Origin: the human T2T-CHM13v2.0 reference genome, Homo sapiens
NCBI RefSeq assembly: GCF_009914755.1
Contig: NC_060940.1
Length of the DNA stretch: 64,000 bases
Direction: 5' to 3' (one strand)
In this document: one piece after another, positions 39,131-54,640 of the stretch
Layout of the letters: every line of letters begins with the position of its first letter
How positions within the stretch are numbered: the stretch's first letter is position 1
Program-made: the position numbers and the translations under genes
The notes under the pieces: generated by a model
The model's database searches: none
The model's input: the letters and a program-made list of their open reading frames with translations, nothing else
Told to the model about the DNA's origin: nothing

Positions 39131-39574
39131 TTATTATTATTATGGCTGGGACTGAGGCAGGCCTCAGATGTAACCAGAGTGAATGGTCAGACGTGAGTCA
39201 TCTAAGAAGACGGAAACGTCCCTACCTTAGATCTGACTGACAGGTGTAGGTGGACCATTGACCCAGGAGCAGGAGATTGGAGCTGTGCTCCACGTGCCTG
39301 ATTTTTAGCCTAGGCTGTGAGTGTGACCATGTGGTTTGAGTCTGACCCTTGGCTTTTGGAACCTCCCTTCTTAGAAGGGCTTGTGAGGATATGGCAGAGG
39401 CCAGCCCATCAGGCTGCTTCTGCTGGAATTAGGAGTCTCTCTTGTCTTGAGCTCAGACAAGAGAAACAGTGTTGTGTCATGTTGGCATTAGGGCTGGGGT
39501 TGGGGTTTAGCTTTTGTGTTGCACGGGCTTCCCTGTGACTCTGTTTCTTCCTCTATTTAAAAGCAATGGTGCTT

Positions 39575-39937
<363 letters not shown>

Positions 39938-40004
39938 TTAAACATATTGAATCATTTAATTCTTCAAACAGTCCTAGGAGATATGAAATATTATAACTTC
40001 CACA

Positions 40005-40360
40005 TATTAGTTTCCTGTGAGAGATAAAACAAATTACCCACAAAGTTGGTCGCTTAAAACTACAGGGACCAGAGGTCTGAACTCCAGCACTGTGCTCCCT
40101 CCAGAGGCTCCAGGCCTGAATCCCTTCTATGCCTCTTCCGTCTTCTGGTGGCTGCTGGCATCCCTTGGCTTGTGGCTGCATCACCCTAGTCTCTGCTTCA
40201 ATGATCACAATGCTTCCTCCTCTTCTCTCTGTGTCTGTGTCAAATATTTCTCTGCCTCTCTCTTGGAAGGACACTGATGATGGCCTTTAGGGCTTATTAA
40301 GATAATCCAGGATAATCTCCTCATCTCAAGATCCTTAATTTAACCACATCTGCAGAAACT
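40005..40360 (-). mobile_element. MLT1B/C fragment
   Basis: tattagtttcct…caaattacc…gataatccaggataatctcctcatctcaagatccttaat. Confidence 0.8.
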
Positions 40361-40886
40361 TTACTATAGGAGATATAAACCATGAAGTGATTGAGGCAGG
40401 TCTTTATCAAGGTGTTTTTTTGTTTGTTTGTTTGTTTGCCAGGGTTGAGGATGTACCCGGGAAAATAATACAAATCACAAGAGCATCTGTGACCTGTGTT
40501 TTTTCCAAAGGGGGCTTTGGGAACTTCAGCCTTTCAAAGGGAAAGAGCAAGCCAGGGGGTAAAAAGGGAGGGAGGCAGTGAGGCAGAGAGTTACATTCTG
40601 GAGATGCTCTGATTAGCCTTAGTGAATCTACATTTTACATGTGCAAGAGAGTGGAGGAAAAAGTCAATTATGCATTGTCTCATACTCAGTAAATCTACAT
40701 CTTACATAAGATGAGGTAAACATGTGAAAAGAGAGAGGAGAGGAAGTCAGGCTATGATACAGAGTTGTGAAATCACAGCTGTTTGGGAACAAAAGGAAGG
40801 CAGTTTTTGTGTGACTCAATTCCCAGACTTAACTTTCCCTTTGGCATAGTGAGTTTGGGGTCCTGGGGGTTGTATTTTGTTTCACA
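40361..40886 (-). mobile_element. MER4-family ERV1 solo LTR
   Basis: Ends …gggaacaaaaggaaggcagttttt…ttaactttccctttggcatagtgagtttggggtcc…tttcaca, the reverse of the MER4 5' end. Confidence 0.8.
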
Positions 40887-42200
40887 GAGGCAATATTCAA
40901 AGTTTCTAGGGATGAGATCCTGCTGCCTTTGGGAGCCACCACTCAAGCCCCGCCTCCCTGTTTTACAGATCATGTGGAGAGTAGGTGGCAGAGGGACCCC
41001 ATTCAGAGTCTGCGCCCTTAACCACCGTGCTATGTTGCTTCCTCTGGGTTGCCACTGATGGGTGGTTTTAAGGATTTAATGAGGCAATGCAGGGAAAGCA
41101 CAAAGAATGATGAGAAGAAGGCCGGGAGAGCCGGGGTTGGATAAGGGTCTGGGATAAAGCTCAGAGACGTTTGTTGTGCACAGTGACCTGGTAACGAAGA
41201 AAGGAGTGCTTTTGAGGCTTTGCCAGGAAATCCCCATGGTCAAGCCCAAGCCACATCTACATGATATGCACTGCTGTTGTGCACTTCCTTGCTCTCTGGC
41301 ACTGTCAGAGCAAATAGATTTTTACTCATCAGAACGCCAAACCAGCAAAGTCGCAAGACGTAACTCACCCCTTCTGACATCTTGCCCTGGTTGGTCCCTG
41401 CTCTGGTCTCTGGGTCTCCTCAGCCTTTGACTAAGAGGAAATGACTTCAGTCATAGGTGCTAATGTATGTAAATGAGCCTGGTGCCTTGGCACAGGAAAT
41501 CCCTTTTGCCCTCTTAATCCATTTCACCATATGCTCTGCAGCCTCTGTGACCTGGTGTCCTTAGCAGAGAGCAGTGTCCTTTCTGATGTGATTTTGTGGC
41601 AATATCTGTGATGAGTAAAGATGCATCCTGGGCAGCCTCGGGCTTCCTGAGGTCACACGCAAACCAAAGGCTTTGGGGTCCTCGGTCTCCAGGCCAGATG
41701 CTTTTCTCCCATTAATGCATAATATTTCAGAAGAGGGATTTTCTGTTCCTGCTCACTCCGAAGTGCTGTCCCTCAGCCTCCCAGGGAAGATCATGTGCTC
41801 CACACCAGTAGGGGCAGCAAATCCACACCTGGGATGTGGAGCTCCAAGAGACTGGCATTTGGGAATGTCTGGAACCATAACGACTCTCATGGCCTCATTG
41901 ACTCCTACAAACAATGCGTATGAGCGGACAGACTGAAGTGGCACTGAGCTAGCTGGGGAATACAGATGTTCGAGTAAAAGGGCCCAGCTCAGCCCCAGTG
42001 AACATCCACTGGCCTAAATAAGAACATAGAACACTCAGTTATAGATTGTATGCCAACATGTTTCTGCACAATTATGGATCCCCCCTCCACTGGTCAATGC
42101 GAATGTGTGTCTTCTCTCAGTTATTTTATAGGGAATGTATGAATGGGAACATTTTATTTACAGAATTGATTGTGTTGAACATTGTTGGATACATCCTTAA

Positions 42201-42500
<300 letters not shown>

Positions 42501-42585
42501 TAAAATAAATTTTATTATGTATATTTAAAGTATGGTGGAAAGTAAACTCTCAATAAGTGATAGGTGTGTATAAAGGAGAAGAGCC

Positions 42586-42964
<379 letters not shown>

Positions 42965-43284
42965 TCACAGAGTAGGCATTTTCATCCAAGCAGCTACTTG
43001 CTGTGCTCTCTTGCTTGTTGAAGATGACTGCTGGTGTGTCCTGTGAGGCACTGGGTATGCAAAGCACATCCTGGCTTCAGAGTAGCCCCACCTCAATTAA
43101 TAAGAAGACAGCTTACTAGGACTCTAGATGAATAGGAATGGTAGGCTTTAGCTAGGAAGCCTTTGTGCCTTTGCACCTTTTTGTCTACATCTTAGCTTCT
43201 AGACTTAGACCTGGGTGATGGTAACAGGGACTCAGAATGGTGGCGGGGGACCTGCAGGACCCTTACACATCACAGTGAGGTGAA

Positions 43285-43545
43285 AGGCAATGTGGTACGG
43301 TGTCAAGGACACAGGCCTTGGGTTCAGACTCAGGTGGGTTTAAATCCTAGTTCAGCCACCTACCAGCTGGGTGCACTTCGGCAAGTCATTCCGTTTCTCC
43401 GAACCTCCGCCTCGCAGAAGGAAAGAGAGCATCAGAGAAGTTAAGATATTTTTCTAAAGTCACACAGCTAGCAAGCCAAGCAGTTTAATTTATCCTCAGG
43501 ACTGTCTGACTCCAAAGCTCAGCCCCTTGCTCCTATATCAGGCTG
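43285..43545. mobile_element. Two MIR fragments in opposite orientations
   Basis: gggtttaaatcctag…ggcaagtca; agagaagttaag…gtcacacagct…ctgtctgactccaaagc. Confidence 0.7.
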
Positions 43546-43582
43546 TCTGTTCCTGATGTTCTATTAAAACTATGGTTTTAAG

Positions 43583-43877
43583 AGCCAGGCGTGCATGCAG
43601 TGATCTCAGCGACTCAGGCGGCTGAGGTGAGAGGATGGCTTGAGGCCTGAAGTTTGAGACCAGCCTGGGTAATATGACAAGATCCGTCTCAAGAACCTTT
43701 TTTTTTTTTAAATTAGCCAGGTGTGGTGCCCCATGCCTGTAGTCCCAGCTATTCAGGAGGCTGAGGCCAGAGGATCACTTGAGCCCAGGAATTTGAGGCT
43801 GCAATGAGCTGTGGTCACACCACTGTACTCCAGCCTGAACCACAGAGTAAGACATGGTTCTAAAAAAATAAAAAATA
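43583..43877 (+). mobile_element. AluJ
   Basis: aggatcacttgagcccaggaatttgaggctgca. Confidence 0.88.
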
Positions 43878-43880
43878 TCC

Positions 43881-44169
<289 letters not shown>

Positions 44170-44227
44170 TTATTTTATTTTATATATATATTTAAACTGT
44201 CATTTTAAAATGTAAGCTTTTTTATTA

Positions 44228-44864
44228 TTATTCAGGTATGGTGAGGCCAACAGAACAGTAGTGACTGTCATTGAAAAGATGGTTTGTTACCCACAGTTCC
44301 CAAGAGGAGGGGGTGCTTCATTCTATGTGAGGAAGCTCCGCGGTTGTCAGGAGACAGCAGGAGCGGGAGGAAAAGAGGAGCAGGAGCGGGAGGAAAAGAG
44401 GGGCAGGAGCGGGAGGAAAAGAGGGGCAGGAGCGGGAGGAAAAGAGGGGCAGGAGCGGGAGGAAAAGAGGGGCAGGAGCGGGAGGAAAAGAGGGGCAGGA
44501 GCGGGAGGAAAAGAGGGGCAGGAGGCTTTATTGTGGTTTCTGCAGAAAGGAATGTGTGAGGCAGGGTAAGTGGATTTCTAGCAGACTCTAGGGTGTAGAG
44601 GCTGTCCCAGGTTGTCTGGTACCTGGCTCTAGGGGTGTTAGGACAGAGAAAAATTGGCCCGGGGTGTAAGAGCCTGGAAAAGAAGGCGTCTGAGGAGTAT
44701 CGGCTCTGGGTTGGTTGGTTTGCATAGGAAAGGCATGACTGCAGGGGAATAGTTTATCTCTAGGAATTAGCTAGCCCTGGGAGGGGGAGTCTCTCTCATG
44801 TCAGCAAGACCACAAGATGTCAAAACATCATAGAATACAGAAAATAAAACACATAATTAATACA
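44228..44864 (-). mobile_element. MER74/MER73-like ERVL solo LTR
   Basis: tattcaggtatggtgaggccaacaga…ctaggaattagctagccctgggaggg…gatgtcaaaacatca…aatacagaaaataaaa…ttaataca. Confidence 0.75.
44357..44524 (+). repeat. Minisatellite, 23-bp unit GCAGGAGCGGGAGGAAAAGAGGG x 7.3
   Basis: Units start at 44357, 44380, 44403, 44426, 44449, 44472 and 44495; one variant base (last base of unit 1). Confidence 0.97.
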
Positions 44865-45799
44865 ACTATCCTTGGTGAACTTTCCAAGCCATGCAGCCAT
44901 TCATAAGGAACCCATGGGATTTCCAGATAAGCTTGCATAATTTATGCCTATTTGTAATATAACCAAATAACTACGATGTACAGTGAGATGGCTTTAGCTG
45001 CCAAATAATCATCTTGAAAAATTATTGCAAGTACAAAATAAACAAACACACACAAAAAACCCCAATAGCTTTCCTACAGATCAATAAAAATAAATATTAA
45101 AATAAAACAAGAATAAAATTCTGATCACAATAAAAATGTAAGCTATCTAGAAATAAACAATAAGAAATCTACATATGCTGTGCTACTGTATGAAATTCTA
45201 AACCTTTATTAAAGTATATAAGAGATCCTTATTGGGTACGTGCCAATTTATCCCAAATTAAATTAATATTATGCAATATTAATTAAAATATTAGCAATTT
45301 TTTAAATTACTGAATGAGATACTATAATTTATCTGGAAGAATTGACATCAGAAAATATTCAAGGATTTTTCTGAAAAAGAGCATACCTTACAAAGATGTG
45401 TTTACCTAACACAAATATAAAAGTAATTTTTGTAAGTGACATTTCAAATCAATGAGAAGAGTGAATTGTACATTAAAAGATATTGGATAAATGAACTAAC
45501 AACCCAGAAAAAATTAAGTGAGAGCCCTACTTCATATTGTTTCAATACTTACATAAAAAGTAAATAAATAAATACAAAATTACTATAAAAATATATAAGT
45601 GAGTTTCATTCTCTTGGAATGAAGGGAAGGCCTTGGGAAGTTTGAAATCAAAGTCAGAAATCACCAAGGGAAAACACTGATAGATTTTATTATACAAAAA
45701 TTAAAAATCTTCACACAATGGAAAACAAAGTTAAGGGACAAAAGGCGATTGAGAAGAATATTTGCAGCATATATTTCTTTATTTAAAATAACAACATAA

Positions 45800-46191
<392 letters not shown>

Positions 46192-46215
46192 TCACAAAAG
46201 AGAAATATAAATGGG

Positions 46216-46493
46216 CAGATTATTTAGTCACCTAGGTTTTAAGTTTTAAGCCTCGTACCCATTAGTTTTCTTTCCTGATCCTCCCCCTCCTCCCCCTCTC
46301 CACCCTCCAATAGGCCCCAATGTGTGTTGTTTCTCTTTATGTGTCCATGTGTTCTCAGCATTTAGTTCCCACTTATAAGTGAGAACAGGCAATATTTGGT
46401 TTTCTGTTCCAGCATTAGTTTGCAAACCCCTATGACACAAGTTTACCTATGAAACAAACATGCACCTGCACCCCTGAACTTAAAAGTTAAAAA
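46216..46493 (+). mobile_element. Short L1PA with a 5' inversion (twin priming): inverted 46216-46422, direct 46423-46493
   Basis: Antisense 3'UTR segment (…cccacttataagtgagaaca…) abuts the sense end caaacccctatgacacaagtttacctat…aacttaaaagttaaaaa. Confidence 0.85.
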
Positions 46494-46786
46494 CATCTAA
46501 CCAGATTAATAAAAGAGAGAGAAAGCAAAAAAATATGTAGTCTAATATTAGTGAGATATATTGAATTGAGATAGCAATATAATAACCTTATTTTGCTATC
46601 AGATTGTCAAAAATTTAAAGATTACTAATATTCAGAACTGTTGAAGTTTTAAGGAAATAGACACTGTCACACACTGCTTGTGAAATCAAACTGGTGATTT
46701 GTTTTTGGTAATATGAGTCAGAAGCCTTTAAAAGGCTCATATCCTTTGACCCAGCAATTTGCCATTAAGAAATTTAAATAAAAGAA

Positions 46787-47150
<364 letters not shown>

Positions 47151-48536
47151 TTATTATTTAAAATAATAATGAACAAGTAGAAATAACCTAAATGTCCAGT
47201 GATAGGGAACTGATTATCTGTTGTACTTACATACAACAAAATTTTATGCAGCTCTTAAAAGTCGTCATGTGAGTTATACACATGCATTCACATACTCATA
47301 CATAAGAAAGCCCTCCACCATATAATTAAAGTTAGAAAAAAAGGTTGCAAAAGAGGATGCATAATATGATCCCGTTTTAGTAAGAAATAATATAATCCTT
47401 TTTTAGAAGAAAGATCTAAAAGATTAGACACCAAGTTGTTAATGATCATTACTTCTGGGTGGTAGATGAATGGTGATTATCTTCTTCTGTATACTTTTAT
47501 ATATATTCTGAACTTATTGCAGAGGACATGTATTTTTTATAAGCAGAAAAATACTATAAATCTGTTAGAAAGTAATTTCTCAGCTGTTTTTCCCCTTAAT
47601 AGGGGACATTCAGATGATTAGCAGCGGGAGGCACGGAGGATGAAGCTGGGTAAAAGAATTGTCAGTTTCCTGTCTTCAATTCTGGCTATCATAGGCTGAA
47701 AATCAGTAGAGAGATGTTTCTGCAGAACATCCACGGCTCTGACCTTCACTGTAAAATGAAATTAGAATGCCTCTTGAAAAGAGAATGTTTTCTCTCCAAG
47801 TTTGCTATAAATATTTACAGTGGAAAATATGGATTATGTCAAATGTGATTGAAGAAACCAACACAGAAAGTCCAGTTTCTGTGCAGACACAAGCATGGCA
47901 AGGAGGTAACTGATGGAGGAGGTGGTTATCAGAAGGCTCAGTTGATTTGAGATTACTTTGACAGATGGATGGTGCTGATGTTTTTGGATAAATGACAGAA
48001 CTTATTGGATAGCCTGTACCTTATTATGCTCCCACCATCGGGATTCAAGCTTTGGGCTAAGGAGGGTATGTAGGATTTGTTACGTTTGAAATGCAATCAG
48101 AAAAAGAGGACATCTCACTGGCATAATTATGTTCTGGGGCCCTCTAAGAGGGTAATTCCCACTCATTAAGTGGCATTTGCTCACCTCAGCAAGCCACTCT
48201 TGGTGACCGTCTATCATGCAGGCATACTAGCACATCCATGGGGTCTCTGCTTCTCCTGTGGCACGCAGGCACAGAGATAAATAGTTCTCTATTTGTGCCA
48301 GCCCACCCCAGGTATGTTTGTAGATTAAACACTACCCAAACATCTGGCTCATCCAGGTTTCTGGGACTGTGCTGGGAAATAGGTTAAGAAAATTGAAGCA
48401 TAGAGTATTGGTGGGAGAGGGTATGAAATTTGGAGAATTGCATCTGAAAAGCAAGCTTAGGGTCAAGTTTGAAAGGGATTTGAATACTTTCCTAATGAAT
48501 TTGACTTATCCTTGTTTCATAGCTTTGTCAACTCTT

Positions 48537-48639
48537 TTTAAAAATTATTTTTAAGAGAGAGGGTCTCACTCTGTCTCCCAAGCTGGAATGCAGTGGTACA
48601 ATCATAGCTCACCGTAGCCTCGAACTCCTGAGCTCAAGC
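48537..48639 (-). mobile_element. 5'-truncated AluJ/FLAM with TSD
   Basis: TSD tgtcaactctt at 48526-48536 and 48640-48650. Confidence 0.88.
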
Positions 48640-48799
48640 TGTCAACTCTTGATCTAAGCAAAACTATAGATGGGAAATCTGTGATGTTAAAGCAACCTCA
48701 TTTTTCAGATTACCTCCTTAACCAAACATTCCAGATCAGCTAACCAAAGTAATGGAAAGGTTTCAAATCATCTTAACTGGGAGGCTCTGGAATTGGAGT

Positions 48800-49145
48800 T
48801 TGTATGGATTAGGATGAGCTAGGCTATGTGTGGTAACAAACAACCCGACTCAGTACCTAAAATGATGGACTTATTTCTTGCTCACATTCCATGTCACTTT
48901 TGGGTCACTGTTCTCATTTAGAGATGCAGGTAAATGGAGCCTTCACCATCTGGAGGTGGGAAGAACATGAGTTGTGCACCAGGTATTAGAGACTTCCATG
49001 TGGGAGAGGCACAGCTCCCTTCCACCCATAATTCGCTGGCTGCGCAACATCACTTGGCTTTATGGAGGCAGAGAAGGGTGATCCTAGTTTGTGCCCAGGA
49101 ATAAGAGAACCAAAGTGATGGTGAACAACACCAATGACCACTCCA
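48800..49145 (-). mobile_element. MLT1J-like LTR relic
   Basis: ctaggctatg…ggtaacaaacaaccc…ttatttcttgctcaca…gtgcccagga…ggtgaaca. Confidence 0.6.
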
Positions 49146-49989
49146 GAAGCAGAGGAGTGTTTCTCTCTTCTTGGCTGTGTTATTTTAGGCAAGTCACTAA
49201 ACCTTTCTGAGTTTTTTTTAAAAATATATTTTTTCAGTAAAAAAAAAAAAAAAAAAAAAGGTAGAAAAGCCTAGAGCCTAGAATTCTATTTTTGTATCCC
49301 TTGCCCTCTTCCTCCCTCCCTAAATATAAAGGTAGGGTGTGACATGACTGAGTACAAAAGGGTCAGGTTCTTTCTTAGAGCACAGGCAGATATCCAGTGA
49401 GCCTGGGAGCAAGGGAGATGAAATTTAACCTCAGAGTCCATAAAAAATTTACAGAATTGCAAAGTGCCAAGCAAAAATACAAAAGAGTTCTCTGCACTCC
49501 GGGAAATTATTGAAGCCATAAAGATTCCTGCTCTTGCAGATGAGGCAGTTGGTGAGTGGAGCAGAGCAAATCAATAATGTCATACTTCTCGCCCGGATCA
49601 AAATACTCAAGGAAATAGCTGCAAAGTAAGAGGGGACAAGGTCCGTCTCGGTCAATCACTGCACTGGGTAATGCCATAGCAGAGCACAGTCTAATAGTCT
49701 GGCCTGGAATTTTAAAAGCCAGGAAAGTGTTTAATCAAAATTTGGAGCCATTGTAGATTCTAAAGGATAATTACTCAGCACTTTGGCAGAGGAGAGTCCT
49801 AGAGAAAGGATCTGATGGAGGTTGCGCATATTTAAATGAATGCTGGTTTTGTGAGAATTCTCAGGTAAGACCGGGCAAGAATAATTCCCTTTTAGAGGAC
49901 CGAGAAGCTGGGTACCACAAGGTGATGCTCATAAAAGACTGTATGTGCCTTGCTTACTGATGCATCCTCTGCTTTAGCACAGTGCCAGG

Positions 49990-50500
49990 TACATCCGTTT
50001 GTCTGTCTGTCCATCCGTCCATCCATTCTTCTGACAAAAATTTCTTAAACACACACTATGTGACAAGCACAGTTTTAAGCACTGAGATACAGCAATAAAC
50101 TAGACAGTCTAGGTCCCTGCTGTCATGGAGCTTGCATTATAACAGGGAAGATATAATAAGCAAGAAAATAAATTTCATCCTATCAGATAGTAGTAGATGT
50201 TAAGAAGACAATAAAGTGAGCAGTGAAGAGGAGACTTAGGATGCCCTCGGATGCTCAGGGCCTTTATGAGAGGACATATTCAGGCTGAGATCTCAAAGAC
50301 AGATCCAGTCATGGCATCCAGAAGGAAGAGAACTACAGGCCGAAAAAACAAGAGCAAAGGCCCTGAGATGGGAACAAACTTGGCATGTTTGAGGGGCTTC
50401 AAGAAGACCAGTGTTGGGAGGGAGACAGTAGGAGCAGAGGGTAGGGAGTTAGGGAGGGACTAGAAGGTATAGAGCTTTATAGGCTATGATAAGTCACATA
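49990..50500 (-). mobile_element. L2
   Basis: ctatgtgacaagcacag…gtccctgctgtcatggagctt…gcaaaggccctgagatggga. Confidence 0.75.
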
Positions 50501-50789
50501 GTAGGTGCTCATCATCATTTATTGAATGACTTACTAACCAACTGACTGAAGCGACTGCATGTGGTGACTTACACTGGGTTGTACAGATATTTAATGGCTG
50601 TATTGAGACTAGAACTTCAATGCTGCATCCTCCAGTAAGATCATAATACTCCCTGATAGTTTGGGAGTAGTAGAAATGGTAGATTTTGGTGTGACAAATA
50701 TAATATCTTACATTTGTTAAGCCCTTATATTTATGCAACTTCACGCATATGGTTGACCTGCCTACATCTCTGTTTACTGCTATTATCTT

Positions 50790-51345
<556 letters not shown>

Positions 51346-51769
51346 GTTTTTCTTTAATAGATGAGGAAACCAAAGCTCAGAGAGTTTGAGCCACTGACCT
51401 AAGTGATCACTAACAGAAAATGGTCAATGGATTGGTAATCCCCCGATACTTTGTTCATTGCTATATTCCCAGCTCTTAACATGGCCCCTGATAAATAACA
51501 ACCGTTTAATATATTTTGTCAAATGAACAAATAAATCTGCATTTCAACAGAAATGAAATCATATTATACAATTTGCTTCTGAACCTACTTTTTCTGACTG
51601 TGAACATTTTTTATCATCAGTAAAAGCCTACATTGTTATCTTTAGGGATGGCATTGTATATCATCACATAGATATATCTCCATTTATTTTACCAGTTTCC
51701 CGTTATTGGGTATTTGGTTGTTTTCATTTTTTTTTTCACTATTACAAACATTTCTTCCAATAGAAAATT

Positions 51770-52082
51770 CTTTTTTGTTTTGTTTTGTTTTGAGACAGGG
51801 TCTCACTCTGTTGCCCAGGCTGAAGTGTAATGGCGTGATCACGGCTCACTGCAACTTCCACCTACCTCCTGGGCTCAAGCAATCCTCCCACCTCAGTCTC
51901 TAGAGTAGCTGGGACCACAAGCGCATGCCACCATGCCCAGCTAATTTTTTTTTGGTATATTTTGTAGAAACGGGGTCTCATCTTACTGCCCAGGCTGGTC
52001 TCCAACTCCTTGGCTGAAGTGACTCACCCGTTTCGGCCTCCCAAAGTGTCGGGATTACAGGAGTGAGCTGCCGTGCCCAGCC
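51770..52082 (-). mobile_element. AluJb-like
   Basis: cctgggctcaagcaatcctcccacctcag. Confidence 0.92.
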
Positions 52083-52669
52083 TTGGCAGTTCTTGATCTG
52101 ACATCTCTGCACATCTGTCTAATGATGTTCTTGAGCTAACCTCTCCTCTCCATAGAAATACTAAATGAAATAGGTATACATTTTAGAAACTTGGGAGATG
52201 TAAACCGAAACTGTTTTTTGGAAAGACTGGGTCTTTCTCAGCATGTTCCATTTGGATGCCACCCTTGAGGAACATAAATAAACTGCTGTGTGTTCACAGA
52301 ACAGGATCAGGAGAGCATGGTTGTTACATGAGTAAGAAGAGAGGGAAAAGATCCCACTGAGGCTGAGAGAGAGGCAGGTAAGAGGAGCCCCAACAGCAGT
52401 CTTCACAGATGTAGAAAACTGAGTCTGACTGCAGAAGTCAAAGGACATAGCTGAAAACAAACTTTATGAAAAGTAGTCAGTGTCAAGTTTAAATAGTAGA
52501 GGCTTTCAGATAATGGGCTGGGAGAACTCAGCCAAAGAGGCATTCATGCAGAAGAAAAGTGCTCATGGAGCAGTCACCAGCTGGAAACATGTGTTGTCCA
52601 AGTCATTTCAGTGAATTTGACCTTTGTGGGGTTTTCACCATTTCTTTTTGTTTCTCTGGGAGGCAAACT

Positions 52670-52870
52670 GGGTATATAGAATAAGAGTAGTTTTTAGAGA
52701 TCTATAGAGCTGGCTTTGAATCTAGACTCCATTGACTTGCTGTGTGACCTTGAGTGATTTTCAGATATTTTTGAACCTCAGTTTTCACATCTGTTAATTG
52801 GGAATAAAAACACCTGCCCCACTGGGTGGATAGAAAATTAGATGAGATCATTTTCATGTGTATAATCTAG
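52670..52870 (+). mobile_element. MIR
   Basis: ctgtgtgaccttgag…gaacctcagttttcacatctg…. Confidence 0.7.
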
Positions 52871-53094
52871 ATGAAAACAGGACAGCCCATCAGGTTGAGT
52901 TCTTTATCCCCGAATATCTCTCCTCAATGTTTCTGGGAGGCTCTTAGGTGACCCTTTTAAACTGGCAGGTTTTCCATTCCTGACTCATTATGTCTCTGCA
53001 GTGCTGTCTCCTTGCCAAGGCCCCTCCACTCTAATGGCTGAAGCTGTCCTCTGTTGATGACCCCCATGCTGCTATGGCCTCAGCAGGGGCCGCT

Positions 53095-53530
53095 ATTTGC
53101 ATTCATTTATTCTACAAATATTGACTGAGCACCTACTAATGTGCCAGGTACTGTCCAAGGTGCTGGACATTCAAGAGTGAGAAAAATTGGATATGGCTCT
53201 TGCCCTTGTGGTACTTATAATCTAATAGGGGAGAAGGATACTGATTAGACAGTCTCACAAATATATATGTAATGGCAAAGCATAAATATAATAATTAAGG
53301 AGTTATGAAAGAGTTTCAGGAAAAATTGAATGACTTTGGGAGGTGAGGGTTATGGAAATCTGGGAGGGTTTTCTTGAGGAAGTGACATTCTAGATGACAG
53401 CTCAGAGTAAGCAGGAGTAAGCAGACAAAGGTGGTGGGGAAGGCATTCCAGGCAGAGAAACGGTGTGTGCAAAGACCCCGAGGCACAGGGAATGGAACAT
53501 ATTTGAGGAACTAAAGGAAGACGAAAGTGG
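53095..53530 (-). mobile_element. L2
   Basis: cattcatttattc…aaatattgactgagcacctacta…gtgccagg…gcattccaggcagag. Confidence 0.8.
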
Positions 53531-54184
53531 CATGTCTACTTCATTCTAAGTGCAGGGCAGGCACTTTGCCTTAATGCCCCACATGAGAACAGAGAGCAAG
53601 ATGTAGCTTTTAGCAAGTTTTTACTGGTAATTTGGGACCAGTTTAAAAGGAAGCCAAACAAAACCATTTACAATGATTGGATAGGCCCAGATGTATCGTC
53701 AGATTCCCTTAACTGTCTGGCTTCATGTCTCTCAATTTCTCCATGGCTGGGCCTCAGTTTCCCCCTCCTCTCACCAGAAACACTTCAAGCATCTCTACTC
53801 TATTCTATGGAGTCCAGGCCAAACTGGCTCCCAGTCAAGAGGGAGGAGACAGTTTCGGATGGCCTCCATTTAAGGTCAATTTTTAGAATCCTTATCTCCT
53901 GCTTCAAGACTGAGCACTCTCCAGAAGGTTTGACTATGAGAACATCTCTCCTCTTCAAGGGAAACCCCATACCCACCCACAGAGGTATTGTTGCTCCCTC
54001 CCACACAGATAGAACAAGTCACATCCAATATTTTGTGTCATTTCATGTTAAGTAAAGCCACAAATGAGGCAATGACATCCCAGTCCAGGTAAGGCTGGGC
54101 TGCCCTCAGAGCATTTTATTTTCAATCTGTTCTTATCATAGGTTGAAAAATCTTAGGGTCTGGTCTCAGGATCAACTTGCATGA

Positions 54185-54640
54185 CCCATATTGCTGGTGG
54201 TGCCCCAATATTCATTATCCTCTTCTTCTTTGTAATAGAAACCCTGATTTCTAACTGGATCCATGCCACCTGGATCAAAGACTATATTTCCCAGCCTTCT
54301 TTGCAGCTGGGAAAAGTCATATGACTAAGTTCTGGCTCATGGGAAATGTATAATTATGCAGTCTGTACTTGCACATACTTAAAGGAAAGAAGCATTTCTT
54401 TTCCCAGCTGGCTGGAAGGTAGAAATGCACCGTCTTGGACAGGGTGAATGAATGCAATGCCTAAGACAGCAGAACAACAATATAGGAAAAGCCTGAGATT
54501 TCTGAAATCATGGAACCTTCATTCCAGCCCTGGACAACTTACTTCTAGACTACTAAATGAGAGCAAAATAAAATTCAGTATTATTTAACCATTATTACTT
54601 GGGGGTTTCTGTTTTAGCAACCAAACTTGTATTCTAAATC
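54185..54640 (+). mobile_element. MLT1J/H-like MaLR LTR
   Basis: aaagactatatttcccagcc…gtcatatgactaagttctgg…ggtttctgtt…agcaaccaaac. Confidence 0.7.

Noticed and set aside
44261-44569. Repetitive Gly/Arg/Glu ORFs, or a CRISPR-like array
   Set aside because: Contiguous 23-bp tandem units with no spacers in a eukaryotic LTR context; this is a minisatellite.
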